Origin: Legionellales bacterium
GTDB lineage: Bacteria; Pseudomonadota; Gammaproteobacteria; Legionellales; Legionellaceae
NCBI GenBank assembly: GCA_027449905.1
Contig: DAIDKT010000075.1
Span: 28,263-92,262 of the forward strand
Direction of reading: 5' to 3'
Length of the DNA stretch: 64,000 nucleotides
The notes below the pieces were generated by a model. The model saw only the letters and a program-made list of their open reading frames with translations, was not told the DNA's origin and did not search any database. Position 1 is the stretch's first letter. Every line of letters begins with the position of its first letter. The translations under genes were made by a program, and so were the position numbers. Shown here piece by piece: positions 1-12,000 of the stretch.

Positions 1-36
1 GTTTCTTTCATTTCTGGTATTCATTGGAGCATTGGT

Positions 37-294
37 ATGAAAGACAGTCAACACAGCACGGTTTGGCTTCTGATGACCAGTAATATCATCTCACTGCTGG
101 CCTGGGGTTCTTTGTTAATCCATCAGGTCATGAGTGCGTTAATCATGTTGACATTACTTTTGGTTTTGCTGTTAGTTATCGATAACAAGCTTTATGGAAT
201 GCGGCAGATTGAATTTTGGTTCATCAAACTGCGCAGGCAAGCTACGTTCTTTGTTGTGCTCTGCCTTGTTTCATCGGTAGTGGTGCTTTTATGA
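37..294 (+). CDS. hypothetical small hydrophobic (membrane) protein, 85 aa
   Basis: ORF with GGAG about 7 nt upstream of the ATG. Translation is strongly hydrophobic. No family recognised. Confidence 0.35.
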   Translation: MKDSQHSTVWLLMTSNIISLLAWGSLLIHQVMSALIMLTLLLVLLLVIDNKLYGMRQIEFWFIKLRRQATFFVVLCLVSSVVVLL

Positions 295-333
295 AAGGCC
301 AGGTAACCCGCGCCATGGCTGAATCTAATAACC

Positions 334-1473
334 CTAGACAATTTGCCATAAACTGTCAGTAAAATAGGCGCGTGAGTCAAGATAATGATCAACAATGCGA
401 AAACCTGTTGTTTTTGCTAGATTTTCTATTTGTGGCAGGGCATACTTACATGAGCTTTCCACATGCATGGATTCATTCAGATCAAAATTAAATGACTGGT
501 TCAATGCAGCCAGACTTACCACCTGTTTTTTAAGGCTAACCAGATAACTTTCCATGGTACCCAAGGCTTTATTATAAACAGGGCGGTGGTCAAATTGATT
601 GAGATCAAAGTCACCGCCAAGTTCTCGATTCATTCGTTCGAGCAGATTTAAGTTAAATGCGCGAGTAATGCCGGTTGTGTCATTGTATGCGCGGATCAAT
701 GTTTTTATGTCTTTTCGCAAGTCAAAGCCAATTAACACATAATCCCCCACATGCAAATATACACGTAAATGATGTAGGAATTCTTTTGTCTCTTGGAGGG
801 AGAAGTTACCAATGCTGGAGCCAAAAAACAACACAACGTTGCAACCTTTAGAATGGATGTGTTGGGGACCATTAGGATTCACACTGCCTAAGATTTGTTC
901 GTCTGACCCATGTCGCTGATCTGTTGCGGTGCCATAGTTTGCTTTATTAAAGAAGATCTCTGGTGCTTGCGACCAATTTAACGGAGGCTTAGTTTCAGGG
1001 GATGACAACATTTTTAAACCATGAAAGTAATCACCACAGATTGGATAGATGGAGAGACCAGGTTGATGATCATCCATTTTTTTAACCAGTTCTTTTAAAT
1101 ATCGAGATGAGATGTCAATCGGGACATAGGTTAATTCTATCTTTTGTTTTAAAAAATGATCAATCAGCAATTGTGTCTTGATGCCCTCGCCTGGACCTAA
1201 TTCAATTAAATTAACGGGTTTATTTTTAACATTTTTTGCTATTTTATCTTTATGTTTTTGTAAAATTTCGATTTCACAGGAAGTTAAATAATAATCAACG
1301 TGCTGAGTAATTTGATTGAATAGTTCGCTCCCTTTTTCATCATAAAAATACTTTGGCTTCAGCATTTTAGGTTTGTTTGATAAACCAATGAAAACATCTT
1401 GGATAAATTCATCTATTCCACCTGCTGGTTGGTGTTGCCCTAGTGGTTGAGAAATGTCAATAATTTGAGCCAT
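334..1473 (-). CDS. egtD: L-histidine N-alpha-methyltransferase EgtD (ergothioneine biosynthesis)
   Basis: SAM-methyltransferase motifs (LIELGPGEG, FFGSSIGNF) and EgtD-like overall pattern. Start moved to the ATG at 1473, which is preceded by GAGGAGG; the egtB stop lies within that RBS. The track start at 1617 would overlap egtB. Confidence 0.8.
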   Translation of the reverse strand: MAQIIDISQPLGQHQPAGGIDEFIQDVFIGLSNKPKMLKPKYFYDEKGSELFNQITQHVDYYLTSCEIEILQKHKDKIAKNVKNKPVNLIELGPGEGIKTQLLIDHFLKQKIELTYVPIDISSRYLKELVKKMDDHQPGLSIYPICGDYFHGLKMLSSPETKPPLNWSQAPEIFFNKANYGTATDQRHGSDEQILGSVNPNGPQHIHSKGCNVVLFFGSSIGNFSLQETKEFLHHLRVYLHVGDYVLIGFDLRKDIKTLIRAYNDTTGITRAFNLNLLERMNRELGGDFDLNQFDHRPVYNKALGTMESYLVSLKKQVVSLAALNQSFNFDLNESMHVESSCKYALPQIENLAKTTGFRIVDHYLDSRAYFTDSLWQIV

Positions 1474-1483
1474 ATGTTCCTCC

Positions 1484-2863
1484 TCAAAACTTCGAAGTTG
1501 CCAAGCGGATCCCGCTAAATTGCCAACGTTTTTCGGCTTGAAAAAAATTACGATAACTGGCGCGAATATGCGTTGCAGGGGTGATGCAACTGCCACCGCG
1601 CAAGACAACCTGATCACTCATAAATTTTCCATTGTACTCCGCTAAATTCCCCGCATATGCTTGATATCCTGGATAGGGAACATAGGGACTCATGGTCCAC
1701 TCCCAGGCATCACCAAAAAATTGTTGCGGTATATGGGTATCACGAGAGGCGGGTTGAGGTTGTAAGCATGCGGTTTCTAGCAAATTAGCATGGTGCATGT
1801 TGAGATCATGATCGGTGACAAAGTGCTCCCACTCGGCCTCGGTGGGCAAGCGTTTACCACACCAGCGTGCATAGGCATCTGCTTCATAATAGCTGACGTG
1901 GAGGACTGGTTCATTGAGGTGAAGACGTGATAGACCGTCTAAACTGAACTGATACCATTGATTGTCGACATAATACCAATAAAGGGGGGCGGTGATGTGA
2001 TTTTTTATCACCCAATCCCAGCCATTGGCGAGCCATAATTTGGGGTTTTTATAGCCGTCATTTTCGATGAACTCCATATATTCACCATTGGTTACCAAAC
2101 GATTGGCCACGGCATAATCATGAACAAAGACCTGGTGACGCGGTTGCTCATTATCGTAACAAAATGTGCTGCCATCATGGCCAATTTTTACCAGCCCTGC
2201 AGCGATTGGAATAAATTGTTGCATGGGGATTGGTATCGACGGTGCTATTTTCAGCACGGTTTTGGAATAAACCGGAAAACCAGGATTCAGGGATAAATTA
2301 AATTTTATATCCATTAATAACAATTCTTGATGTTGTTGCTCGTGCATCAGCCCCAAGGTTAAGAGGAATCCCGCCTGTTCAATCGTCTCGGGTTGGGGAT
2401 TTGTCAGTAAATTATCGATTTGTTCATCGACATGACGGCGATATGCATAAATGTCTTGAACCGTCGGTCGGGAGAGCAAACCACGATTTGATCGTGGATA
2501 CGGTTCCCCTACCGTTTGATAATAAGAGTTAAAGAGGGAATGATATGTATGATGAAACACCCGATAATTTTTGAGCAAGGGAACCAAAATCATCGTTTCA
2601 AAAAACCAAGTTGTGTGGGCCAAATGCCATTTCGCTGGGCTTACATCATCCATGCCTTGGATTACATAATCTTCGATTTCTAAAGGTAGGCAAATATCTG
2701 TTGTGACTTGGCGTACCTGGTGGTATCGCTCTAAAATGACTGAACACCATGGAATCAACTCATCAATTTGTTTGTGTTTTTTCACCATGCTACCCTGTGA
2801 ACGATCCTCAAGATCGCTTTTTGGCCTATCCCTTAAGTGTAGTAATGGATCCTTATTTTGCAA
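1484..2863 (-). CDS. egtB: sulfoxide synthase EgtB (DinB-like N-domain plus FGE-sulfatase-like C-domain)
   Basis: EgtB/OvoA-type motifs (HLAHTTWFFE, EQQHQELL, C-terminal GGSCITP...YRNFF). Lies immediately upstream of egtD. The track start is a TTG; an alternative ATG at 2788 (MVKKHKQ) is possible. Confidence 0.8.
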   Translation of the reverse strand: MQNKDPLLHLRDRPKSDLEDRSQGSMVKKHKQIDELIPWCSVILERYHQVRQVTTDICLPLEIEDYVIQGMDDVSPAKWHLAHTTWFFETMILVPLLKNYRVFHHTYHSLFNSYYQTVGEPYPRSNRGLLSRPTVQDIYAYRRHVDEQIDNLLTNPQPETIEQAGFLLTLGLMHEQQHQELLLMDIKFNLSLNPGFPVYSKTVLKIAPSIPIPMQQFIPIAAGLVKIGHDGSTFCYDNEQPRHQVFVHDYAVANRLVTNGEYMEFIENDGYKNPKLWLANGWDWVIKNHITAPLYWYYVDNQWYQFSLDGLSRLHLNEPVLHVSYYEADAYARWCGKRLPTEAEWEHFVTDHDLNMHHANLLETACLQPQPASRDTHIPQQFFGDAWEWTMSPYVPYPGYQAYAGNLAEYNGKFMSDQVVLRGGSCITPATHIRASYRNFFQAEKRWQFSGIRLATSKF

Positions 2864-3041
2864 CTGAACGTTTTTTCTAAAAACCAGGCTCTGTTTATAT
2901 TTCAGATTTCGACGTCTCTATTTATACCAGTTATTATCCTCCTGTAAGTCCAATTAATGGCATAAAACAACAAAAAAAGCACACTGACCGACTTAAATTT
3001 GCTATACTCATAACACAACCAAGTGTATCTTGTGGGGGAAC

Positions 3042-6000
3042 ATGCCAGTTAAATTAAGAGGAAAATCATACTCTGACGCTGATTTTGATGTGTTGGTCGC
3101 GGATTTAAGGTCTGGTTATTCATCTCGTCGTGTAAGTTTAGACTGCTTGGACATGGCTGCTGAGGATATTGAAGGGTTGTATCATGAAATCCAAGGCATT
3201 ACACCGCCTTTATTATGCATGATTCAATTAAAAATGCATGAGACGGTTGTGTGGACAACAGCGCCTGATTATTTTAAGAATAGACGGCAACAATTTCTGC
3301 TAGAGATGAATAAAGAAATTCAAGCGGCGCTGGGTGTAACTCACACTTCACAAACAATATCTGTTCATAAATCAAAAGAAAATTTGTTTCGCGGTAACCA
3401 AAACGCCAAGATTGCTGTTCAACAACAGCAACAGCAACAGCAACAGCAACAACAAGGACAAGAACAGCGATCCACCCAAATAGGACCTCGTGAATATAAA
3501 CCACTACCCAAAAATACACCGCTATATTCTAACCCCAAAGAGCTGACAAGCTTGATCACCAGAGACAATATTGCTTCGAATTCAAAGATAGTAGAAGCAT
3601 ATAGGGAGCGAGTGAAAGACATTCATGCACCCCCTCTCATCGAGATTTTGGATAGATTAATTGGTCATGGCAGTCAATATATTGGTGATAAGCGAAAAAC
3701 GGTTACTGCATTGACCGAAGAAGCGATGTTGGCCGTCATTCGTGATTACCCGGAGTTTGCTTTTGGTCTGGTTGAGGACACCTTACCAATTTATATTAAT
3801 GAAGCTGGTGAAATTACCCATCGTTTTGAATTGGAGGAAACAGGATACGGATTACTGTCTAGCAGTACATTAGATATGGAATCGATAAAATCTAAATTTG
3901 CAGGGCGGGTGGGTTATGTGCTACATGCCGAACAGATTTATTCTTTTGATGGTCAGGAATCACTCAACCCATTGGCCGGGAATAAAGCTCATCAAATAAA
4001 AAAACTGATACAATCATTTAAAAAGCAAGATGAAGTGACAATGGTGTCAGCTCATGACACTGGCGATGAAGTCCAGCGGGTTTTGTCTTTCAAGGAAACA
4101 AACACCCCTAGAGAACTTTATCAAGACAAACCATTTGCCATTTGTTTGTCAAGACACACGCTTAAGCCAGATCATGCGGCATATAAACAGTATGATGCTG
4201 GAGATGATGAATCATCATTGAATCGACATGTTGCAACATTGAATGACACCCAAAAGTCGGTCACTGACGTACAAGCTGCATTTAATTTTTTTCTTGCTAG
4301 TCAAGTGCCTGAGCATCAAGATACCGTTAGTAAGATTCAACTTTTGTTACAAAATTTAATTAAGAAATATTCAAATACCCTCGGGAATAGAAATACACAA
4401 AGCATGCAGTTCGATGCGAATTTTTATCGAGGCCTCACTTATATGTTGGTGGCAGGTGATAGTTCAGGGGTTCTTGTATTTTTATCTTTTTTGGATCAAT
4501 TAAAGGATATTGAGTTAATTCAAGACTTTCTGAAAGATTCAGACAACTATTTACACTGGGTGTCCAAGGAAGGTTATGAGCAATTAACCAGACTGACCCG
4601 GGCAAAGCCGGGTACCCTAGATTTGTCAACTAATGAACAAGCTTGGTGGAAGGCTTTTATCAAACAGCATGCATGTGATGGCAGACGCGTAGATTTTGAT
4701 GATTTATTTAAAGTGTTCACGGCGTTTTTAGAGAAACTAGGCCTCGGCCGTAGTCGCTTAGCCAGTGTTTGCCCTTTTCAACATGGTAACAACCAGATGA
4801 AAACAGCACTGTGTCGTTTGGATGCAATTGTGCAACAAAATCAACCAGATGATCCAAAGCAACCTAATGAGCAGCTATCTTACTTAAACGGGTTAGATCT
4901 CGGACCTTTGGGTGCTCATTTCGCCATCAATCACGAAAACACGAAGCTCGCCACCGATCAAATGCACTTTCAGGTGAGCAATGGATTTTTGTATGATATG
5001 GATTCAAAAAAAATTGTATTTGCTTATGAAATCCGCGATGAACAAACCTTCGCTAAGATCATGCAATTTAACCAATATTACCAAAAAGGTAAAATTAATG
5101 TGTTATCCGAGGCGTCTGATCACATTCCATTTGATTTGGGTGATATGCAGGCTTTCTTTCATCGTTATATCAAACAGCAGTCACAGACTTTTCCAGAAGA
5201 AAGTTATCTTGGGATTGTCCAATATATAGAGAAATTGAATTATCAATTAGAAGATAATGGTGCCCCAATGAGTGCGCAACATCAGGCCTCGCTGCTGTAC
5301 ACGCTGGCCATGGCATCAGCAGGGAAACGGGGGTGTGTGATCGAGTTGCAGGAACCGATGGGTCAACTGCCTGAATTTATAACGGCTTTATCTCACTATG
5401 CGAGCGTTGCTCAAACGCGAACAGAATCGCCTGGAACTGGATTAGAGCGTGCGCTAGAAATTTTCCATCAAGCTGAGTTTAAAATTGACACCAGCCCAAC
5501 CTTAAAAGAATTAACTACGATTCTAACCCTCGCAAGTGATTCGAAAACACCAGGCGAAGCAACAGCAACAGCAACAGCAACGCTCACCGATACGTTAGCA
5601 TTGATAAAGAACTATGGTTCGACAGCTTATACTATCATCAAGAATCATGAGAAACGTGTTGAAATAGTCAAGATTACAGACAGCACAAGGACGATTCAAT
5701 CACTTAATTTTGCGAAATTAGTCAAAGTATTCAATCAAATCGATCTGAAACAGCAGCAAGCCCAATTTCTAAAAAAACCGCCTGAAAATTTAAATTATTT
5801 GCTGACGTTGTTGTCTTTAATCGACGATCAAATTGACGACGAAACCAGTTACTCAGAAAAAATAAAACAGCTCATAGAGCAGTTGGAGCAATTAGCTGAA
5901 AAGGTTCGCAACCAGTTCTTAGCAGAGCTCAATGAAATTGATTTGGAGACTTCGAAAGGGTTGCCAACTTTTGCGTCGCTGAATGAGATGATCACAGACA

Positions 6001-9000
6001 TCTCTCAATTGAACAATGATAATTCATACTCTGAAAATGTCTTAAATGAAAAAATTCAGTCGGGCTTAAGCAAGACCAATACCAATAGTGGAAAAAAGTC
6101 ATTTGCTGCTTCCTCGCTTAATTTAGTGAAACTTCTGCAAAATTTTGTTGTGACATATCAATTAGATCGGGCGGAGACTTTATTAAAAAAGCACGTTGGA
6201 AAGATGCTTAAAAATGAAAAAGCCGGGAATAAAGCTCCAATTGCATGTAAACAATTGATTGACAGTGCGACGAATCTTTACCAAATACTTGTCGATGATA
6301 AGAAGAGTCCAAAAGAGTCTGTTGATATACGTGCCGCTTTAACTGAGTTGGAAAACTTGGATCAGTTTATGAAGGCAATACTGAATAATCCGATTTATAC
6401 AATTTGGATCTATCAACCTTTCGCGTATACATTACCATTTGAATATATACTAAATTATATCAAAGACAAGTTCTACACACAGGTAATGCAAGATCAAGTC
6501 CAACCTTTCTTCGAAAAAAAGACCATCAAAGTGTTTTTGAGTGCCATATGTGATGCTGAATGTAAAAAGCCATTGCAAGCAGCCATTGCTGCATTAAGGG
6601 TAGATGCTAATTTTAAAGCGTTTTTATCGGATCAATTACAATTGAAGACCGATCCAACCATTACCATGAAAGATGCTCTTGAACAGTATGGACGCGATCT
6701 AGCTATCTTGACCCAGTTTGTCAATCAATTGGGTGGATTACAAAATGAATGCGCCAAAGAGAAAAATTTACCGCTATTTTCAAAGTGTGTGGATCTCATA
6801 TATCAATCTGAAAATCGGGGCATGCTCCCTTTTCAGCGATTAACAGAACTCTTAACCGTGGTTGCTAAGCAAAAAAAATGGGGATTGGATGATCAGCTGG
6901 CATGTGTTTTTGAAATACTGCGGGCCGAATTGGGACGAGATCAAGAGCCTTCAGATAAACGATGGCAGAATATCATCGGTTGTTTAGAGATTTTGGTGCA
7001 AAAACAAAATGATTTAAATCCAGAATCAATTAAATTATTTTCTCAAGAAGCCATTCGCCACTGTTTAAAAAATGATAGTCCATTTTCCATTGAGCCGCTC
7101 CTTGCTTTGCAAGAGATGGATGGAGATGGAAAAATATTTAAACAGTTTTTGGCTTTTATCTCGGATGTGACTAGATACGCTCCAAATCAAGTGACAGAGG
7201 TGGTGGCTTTGACAATTGAGGTGCTGAAGGCAAAATCAGAGTCTCATCGGAACAAGTTAACAGCCTTTGTCGCCCAACTATTTTCTCATCTTCAAACCAT
7301 GGCTATTAAACTTGAATTTAATGATGAATTAATAAAGTATCAAGAGATACTCAGATCCATACCGGCTGAAGAAGAGGCCGCCAAACAATGGTTAACCATC
7401 CTGATTGCTTTGAATGAAGCGGGTAAGGATTCACCATCCTTTGCTGAATTGAAGGAGGTAATCAGGCTATTAGAAGATACAAATAAACAAGCAACTGTTT
7501 ATCCTTTATTTACTACCCCACCTTGCCCACCCATCAACGACCTGTTGCAAATTTTAGACAAGGATATCACTGAAATCCAAGAATACAAAAACAAGTTTGA
7601 TTTAAGCCCTTATCCTGAAACGAGTTTTGCACTTGAACAATTCACAAAACAGGAATTTGAGCTTGTTAAAAAATTACTTGCTAATAAGCAAGGGGACTTA
7701 TTGAGTTTAATAAAGGGTGTGAGTAGTGAGAATTATACAAAAACGCCTTTCACTCAAGAACAGGTTGACAATTTAAAAAAAGTGTTAGGTCACAATCAAT
7801 ATCCCGCCCTAGCTGCCAACCTAATAGACACCCAGAAATATGAAATCAATAAAGAATTCGATCTAGATCCCGATTCTATCCGCAGGGTGATTGGAGAACA
7901 TGTTGTTAACGGTAAAGTTGTTAAAGGGATTACTCAATATTTAGATAACCAAGGTTTGAGTGAGTCCGAGCAAACAAATTTGGTGAGGCAACTGGCATAT
8001 GTCAATGCCATGGGTCGAGATCAGCCTCTGATTTATCTAGATCAAAACGGCCACGCAGTTGAGTATTGGTTACAGAAAAGAATCCGGGATGACCTGCAAG
8101 AACTTGCGAAAAAATTGATGGATGCAGGAAAGAATACCAGCGATCCCGATGAAGCCCTGAAATTAGATTTACAATTATTGGCGGTGATGCGGGAGTTATA
8201 TTGTCGGGCAACCCTTCGCAATCCCAATTCCATTCAATTACTCACGCTGATCTTGGCTATCAATCACCCGACCAATTTGTTACTGCAGATTGATACTGGG
8301 GAAGGGAAGAGTGTATCTACGGCTTTATTCGCAGCATGGCGATGTTCCAAAGGACGAACCGTTTTGGTCCCGACTGCAAATCGTGATTTGGTTGCCCAAG
8401 ACTATCATCAGCAGAAAAATAAATATTTTTTTCAATTACTCGGTATGGAATCCGCTGTGGTGGAATCTGGTTCAGAGCGCGGTACCTTGCGGGTGGGGGG
8501 TATTCATTACGGTGCTTTTGGTGATCTATCCATTTATGGATCTGCCGCTAAATTGAGAGGAGAAGATTTAACCAAATTAAATGGAGAATTATATCCAACC
8601 GATGTCATCTATGATGAAGCTGATACGATGTTGGATGACAGGACGGGATATAATTTTTCTATTTTAAAAGAGGGGGGAGGCGATTTATATCACAATCCAA
8701 AAGAATGGATGTACTACGAGATTTTAGAATTTATTGCAAGTTCAGAGGCCTTTCAACGCATCGAAGAGGAGGATGGAGAACAACCGTGGGATCATCAACG
8801 GGACATCCTGGAATTACGCAGGCATCTAGATAATGCTGCCAAAACGCCTGAACAAAAAGATCAAGTGAGTGCTTTGACTTCATCTGATTTAAGCACGTGG
8901 ATTATTGGGGCGTGCGAAGTACTGAATTTAGAAATGGGTCGAGACTATGATATTCCGAAAACCCCCATCACGAGAATCATGAATGGTAGCGAAAAACAAA

Positions 9001-12000
9001 TCTATGTTGCAACCCCCATCAATGCCAGCGGGGTGCCGCAAATTGGCTCTTCCTATTTACATGGTCGACACCAGTTTCTGCATGCATATCTTGCGAAAGG
9101 TGTCCAAAACCCCACCAAAAAATTCGAAGCGATTTTAGCTAAAAGAGCTCAATTTCCGGGGACATTTGTCATTGATGCAGAAACCATGTGTGTTGCCACA
9201 GAATCAGCTCATAGCTTTTTATCAAGCTTTGCAGATGAACATCAAGGTGGCAGGTTTATTGCATTAACCGGAACGCCGGGCACCAAGGATGAGCGACTGG
9301 AATTAAATAAAAAATTGAACCTATTACCATTCAAAATCCCACCCCACCGCGAAAATTTACGTCAGGAGCTAGCCCCGGAGGTTATTAAAAATCGATACAT
9401 TGATTCAGATTATAAGCTGGCGCTGTTGTCTGAAACAACGTCCGGCAAGGAAAAAAAAGGGGTTGTTTATCTGAGCCAAAAAAACAACAAAATTGCCTAT
9501 TCGGTGTTGACCCCAGTCGGTCTGATAGTAGAAAAAGAAACGTCTATTCAGGTACCCGATCCATTTGATCTTAACAAATTAATATCACTCAAAGAAGATA
9601 TCTTGGCATACACCACCAAGCAAGGTCATACGTATCGAACGTCTATTCACGATACCATGATTAACAATGCCATCACGCAGCATGCTGGGAGAGCTGGTGG
9701 TCAAAGACAGCCTATTTTAGTTGTCGCACAGGATATTAACCACGCACGTGCCCATTATTATATTCTTTTAGAAAAATATGGAAAAGATCATGTTCAGTTG
9801 ATTACGGGTATGGAATCACCCGATGAATTAGAAGCAATGAAAAAGCGCGCTGGAGACGCGAATATGGTCACCGTCGGAACACCGTTATTAGGACGCGGTA
9901 CCGATATTAAACCAAAGCATAAGCAAGGTTTATTTGTTATCCAAACTTATCTTGACGCTCCGCGCAATACTCGTCAAATTGTTGGTCGTTCTGCACGAAA
10001 AGGTGCAATCGGTAAATACATGGCAATTTATGCAGAAGATAAATTTAAATTCCCAACCTACAGTATTTTAAATTTTTCTCGAAGCTTGACCCTTGCCGAA
10101 CGTCTGCAACAAATTGAAGCGCTGCAGCTAGAATCAAATGAAAATTCTGCGATTGAGCGACATTATACGCAAGAAGTGGATGACATTCAGCAAGTTTTGT
10201 TGAGGCAATTTGATGCGTGGATGCATGTCTTTTTGGCAGGAGGGCAAAAAGATCGAGAGCAATACAGGCAGGAAATTTTGAAGTTACGCGCGCAGTTAAT
10301 TCAAGATTTAAGTCAAGCATGGAGCGATAAATTAACTGAATCAGATCCTACCAATCAATATCCAAATCCATATGTCCGCCGATCAGCACAAGGCGGCCCC
10401 TTGGATACAAAAACATTAGACGATTTGTTAGATGATTTTGAGACCAGTGCGGAGTCCGGTGCCATTCATATCTGGAATAAAATCCAAGAGTCATTGGGTA
10501 AAATAGAGTTAAAAATTACCCCATCACCGAGAGAGTCCATTTGTTTAGCTTATTTAAAGGAAGATAAACTGGAAGAATCGTTGCATGCTAGAAAATTAAG
10601 ATTACAGCATCAACGCTATGAAACCACGCGGACCCACCGGGTAACGGAAGAACGTTCAAAGAGGCTGACAAATTTAGCATTAAACCAAGCAGGTGCGGTG
10701 TTACATTTTGATAAAGTAGCTTTGAATACACAAACCGAAAAATTATCACAAATAACTGAGCAGTATGCCGCGGATTATTTAAAAGCGATTTATGATCACT
10801 CTCCCAATCTTCGCCCGTCCTCTACAACGGTGCATAACTTAAATGAATGGTCTCCCGAAAAGTTTAAACAATTGGTGGAAACCCTATGCAAAAAAGTAAA
10901 TGTAAAGGCAGATTTGGTTGATTATCATTCGGCTGCAATTGAGTGTATCGATCTGTATGATCATGTGGTTGATGTTCCTGATTTTATACCGGAAGCTGAT
11001 AAGCAGGAGTTAAGTAAAAATATTGCAACATTAAAGGAGCATTGCATCACCGAGGTTTCAAACAATGTAGTGAAAGGGTTGATCGAAGATTTGAAGTGGT
11101 CTCAAAATAGAGAATATGTTTATACGGCGTTCGAAAATCCAAAAGTAACCGCTGCAGCTTCGAGCTTGTATAATATTGCTTTTCAAACGCAGAGTGCTTT
11201 GCAACAGATTGATCAACAAATTAATGCTGTTCAACAAAAGCCAGCCGATAGTTCGTCTTCAACTGGTTCCCTTGAGTTAGCAGAAAAAAAACAAAAGTTA
11301 ATAGAGCTCAAACAACAAAAATTGGCTGTGTTACATCAAGCATTAAATCAATATCATTTAACGTTGAGTAACATCTGGTCTTTCTTCCCCTTTGCAGAAT
11401 ATTTTTTTGGCATCAAAGATACCCGCAAAGTAATTGCTGAAAACTTAAATAAATTTGAATGTTTGGTCAGGATCGGTGTTTGTTCGGATGAAGTCCACTA
11501 TGATTCTTATGAGGCAGGAAAATGTGAAGCTTATTTAGAATCATTTAATGAAGAACTGCAGGCATATGATGATGACAATTCAGTCATCTTAAACTTAAAA
11601 AAAATTCAGGAAAACAATAAAGGATTAGCGGTTGTGGCAGAATTAACCCACTATTTGAAAACATTGCCCCAAGACCATCTCATACCGAAGAAACTTTCAA
11701 GGGTGGGATGGACCATGAACTGGACTTCACAATTTTTTCCTGTCAAGCCACGGACACCTAGCCAACGGCTGATAAATATACTCGATGCTGTTCAGAAAAA
11801 AATAAAAGCGGACGATCCTGAGGTTGATCCCGTGCGCGGCCGCTTGTTTTTATCTAAGAAAGAGGAAACCATTCGTCACTATTTGAACTTAGCTCCTGAA
11901 TACAAACTGCATATTCGACCTGGACATACAGGATTTGGAACCCATTTTGATTTGGTGATTGAGGGTGACAATCTCGAAAAAGTATCAGAACAATTAAAAT

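Noticed and set aside
1474-1617. N-terminal extensions in the ORF track: egtD to 1617, acetoacetyl-CoA synthetase to 58421, integrase to 41785, rseP from 22472, lon from 46064, gpmI to 20650, ctpA to 17937.
   Set aside because: The extensions overlap neighbouring genes or start at TTG/GTG without an RBS. Internal ATGs with good Shine-Dalgarno sequences match the conserved N-termini, so the shorter coordinates are reported.
2864-3041. Searched the promoter regions of the giant ORF, and of the 574-aa ORF (53559-53614), for PmrA-type (tandem TTAAT repeats) or CpxR-type (GTAAA-N6-GTAAA) effector-regulatory boxes.
   Set aside because: Only a single half-site-like CTTAAATTT next to a TATACT -10 element was seen. 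There is no tandem repeat, so no regulatory call is supported.
3274-3622. Two minus-strand ORFs (81 and 67 aa) across the poly-Q region, one ending in poly-Cys.
   Set aside because: They are reading-frame artefacts of the CAGCAA hexanucleotide repeat inside the giant + strand CDS. They are low complexity and have no RBS.
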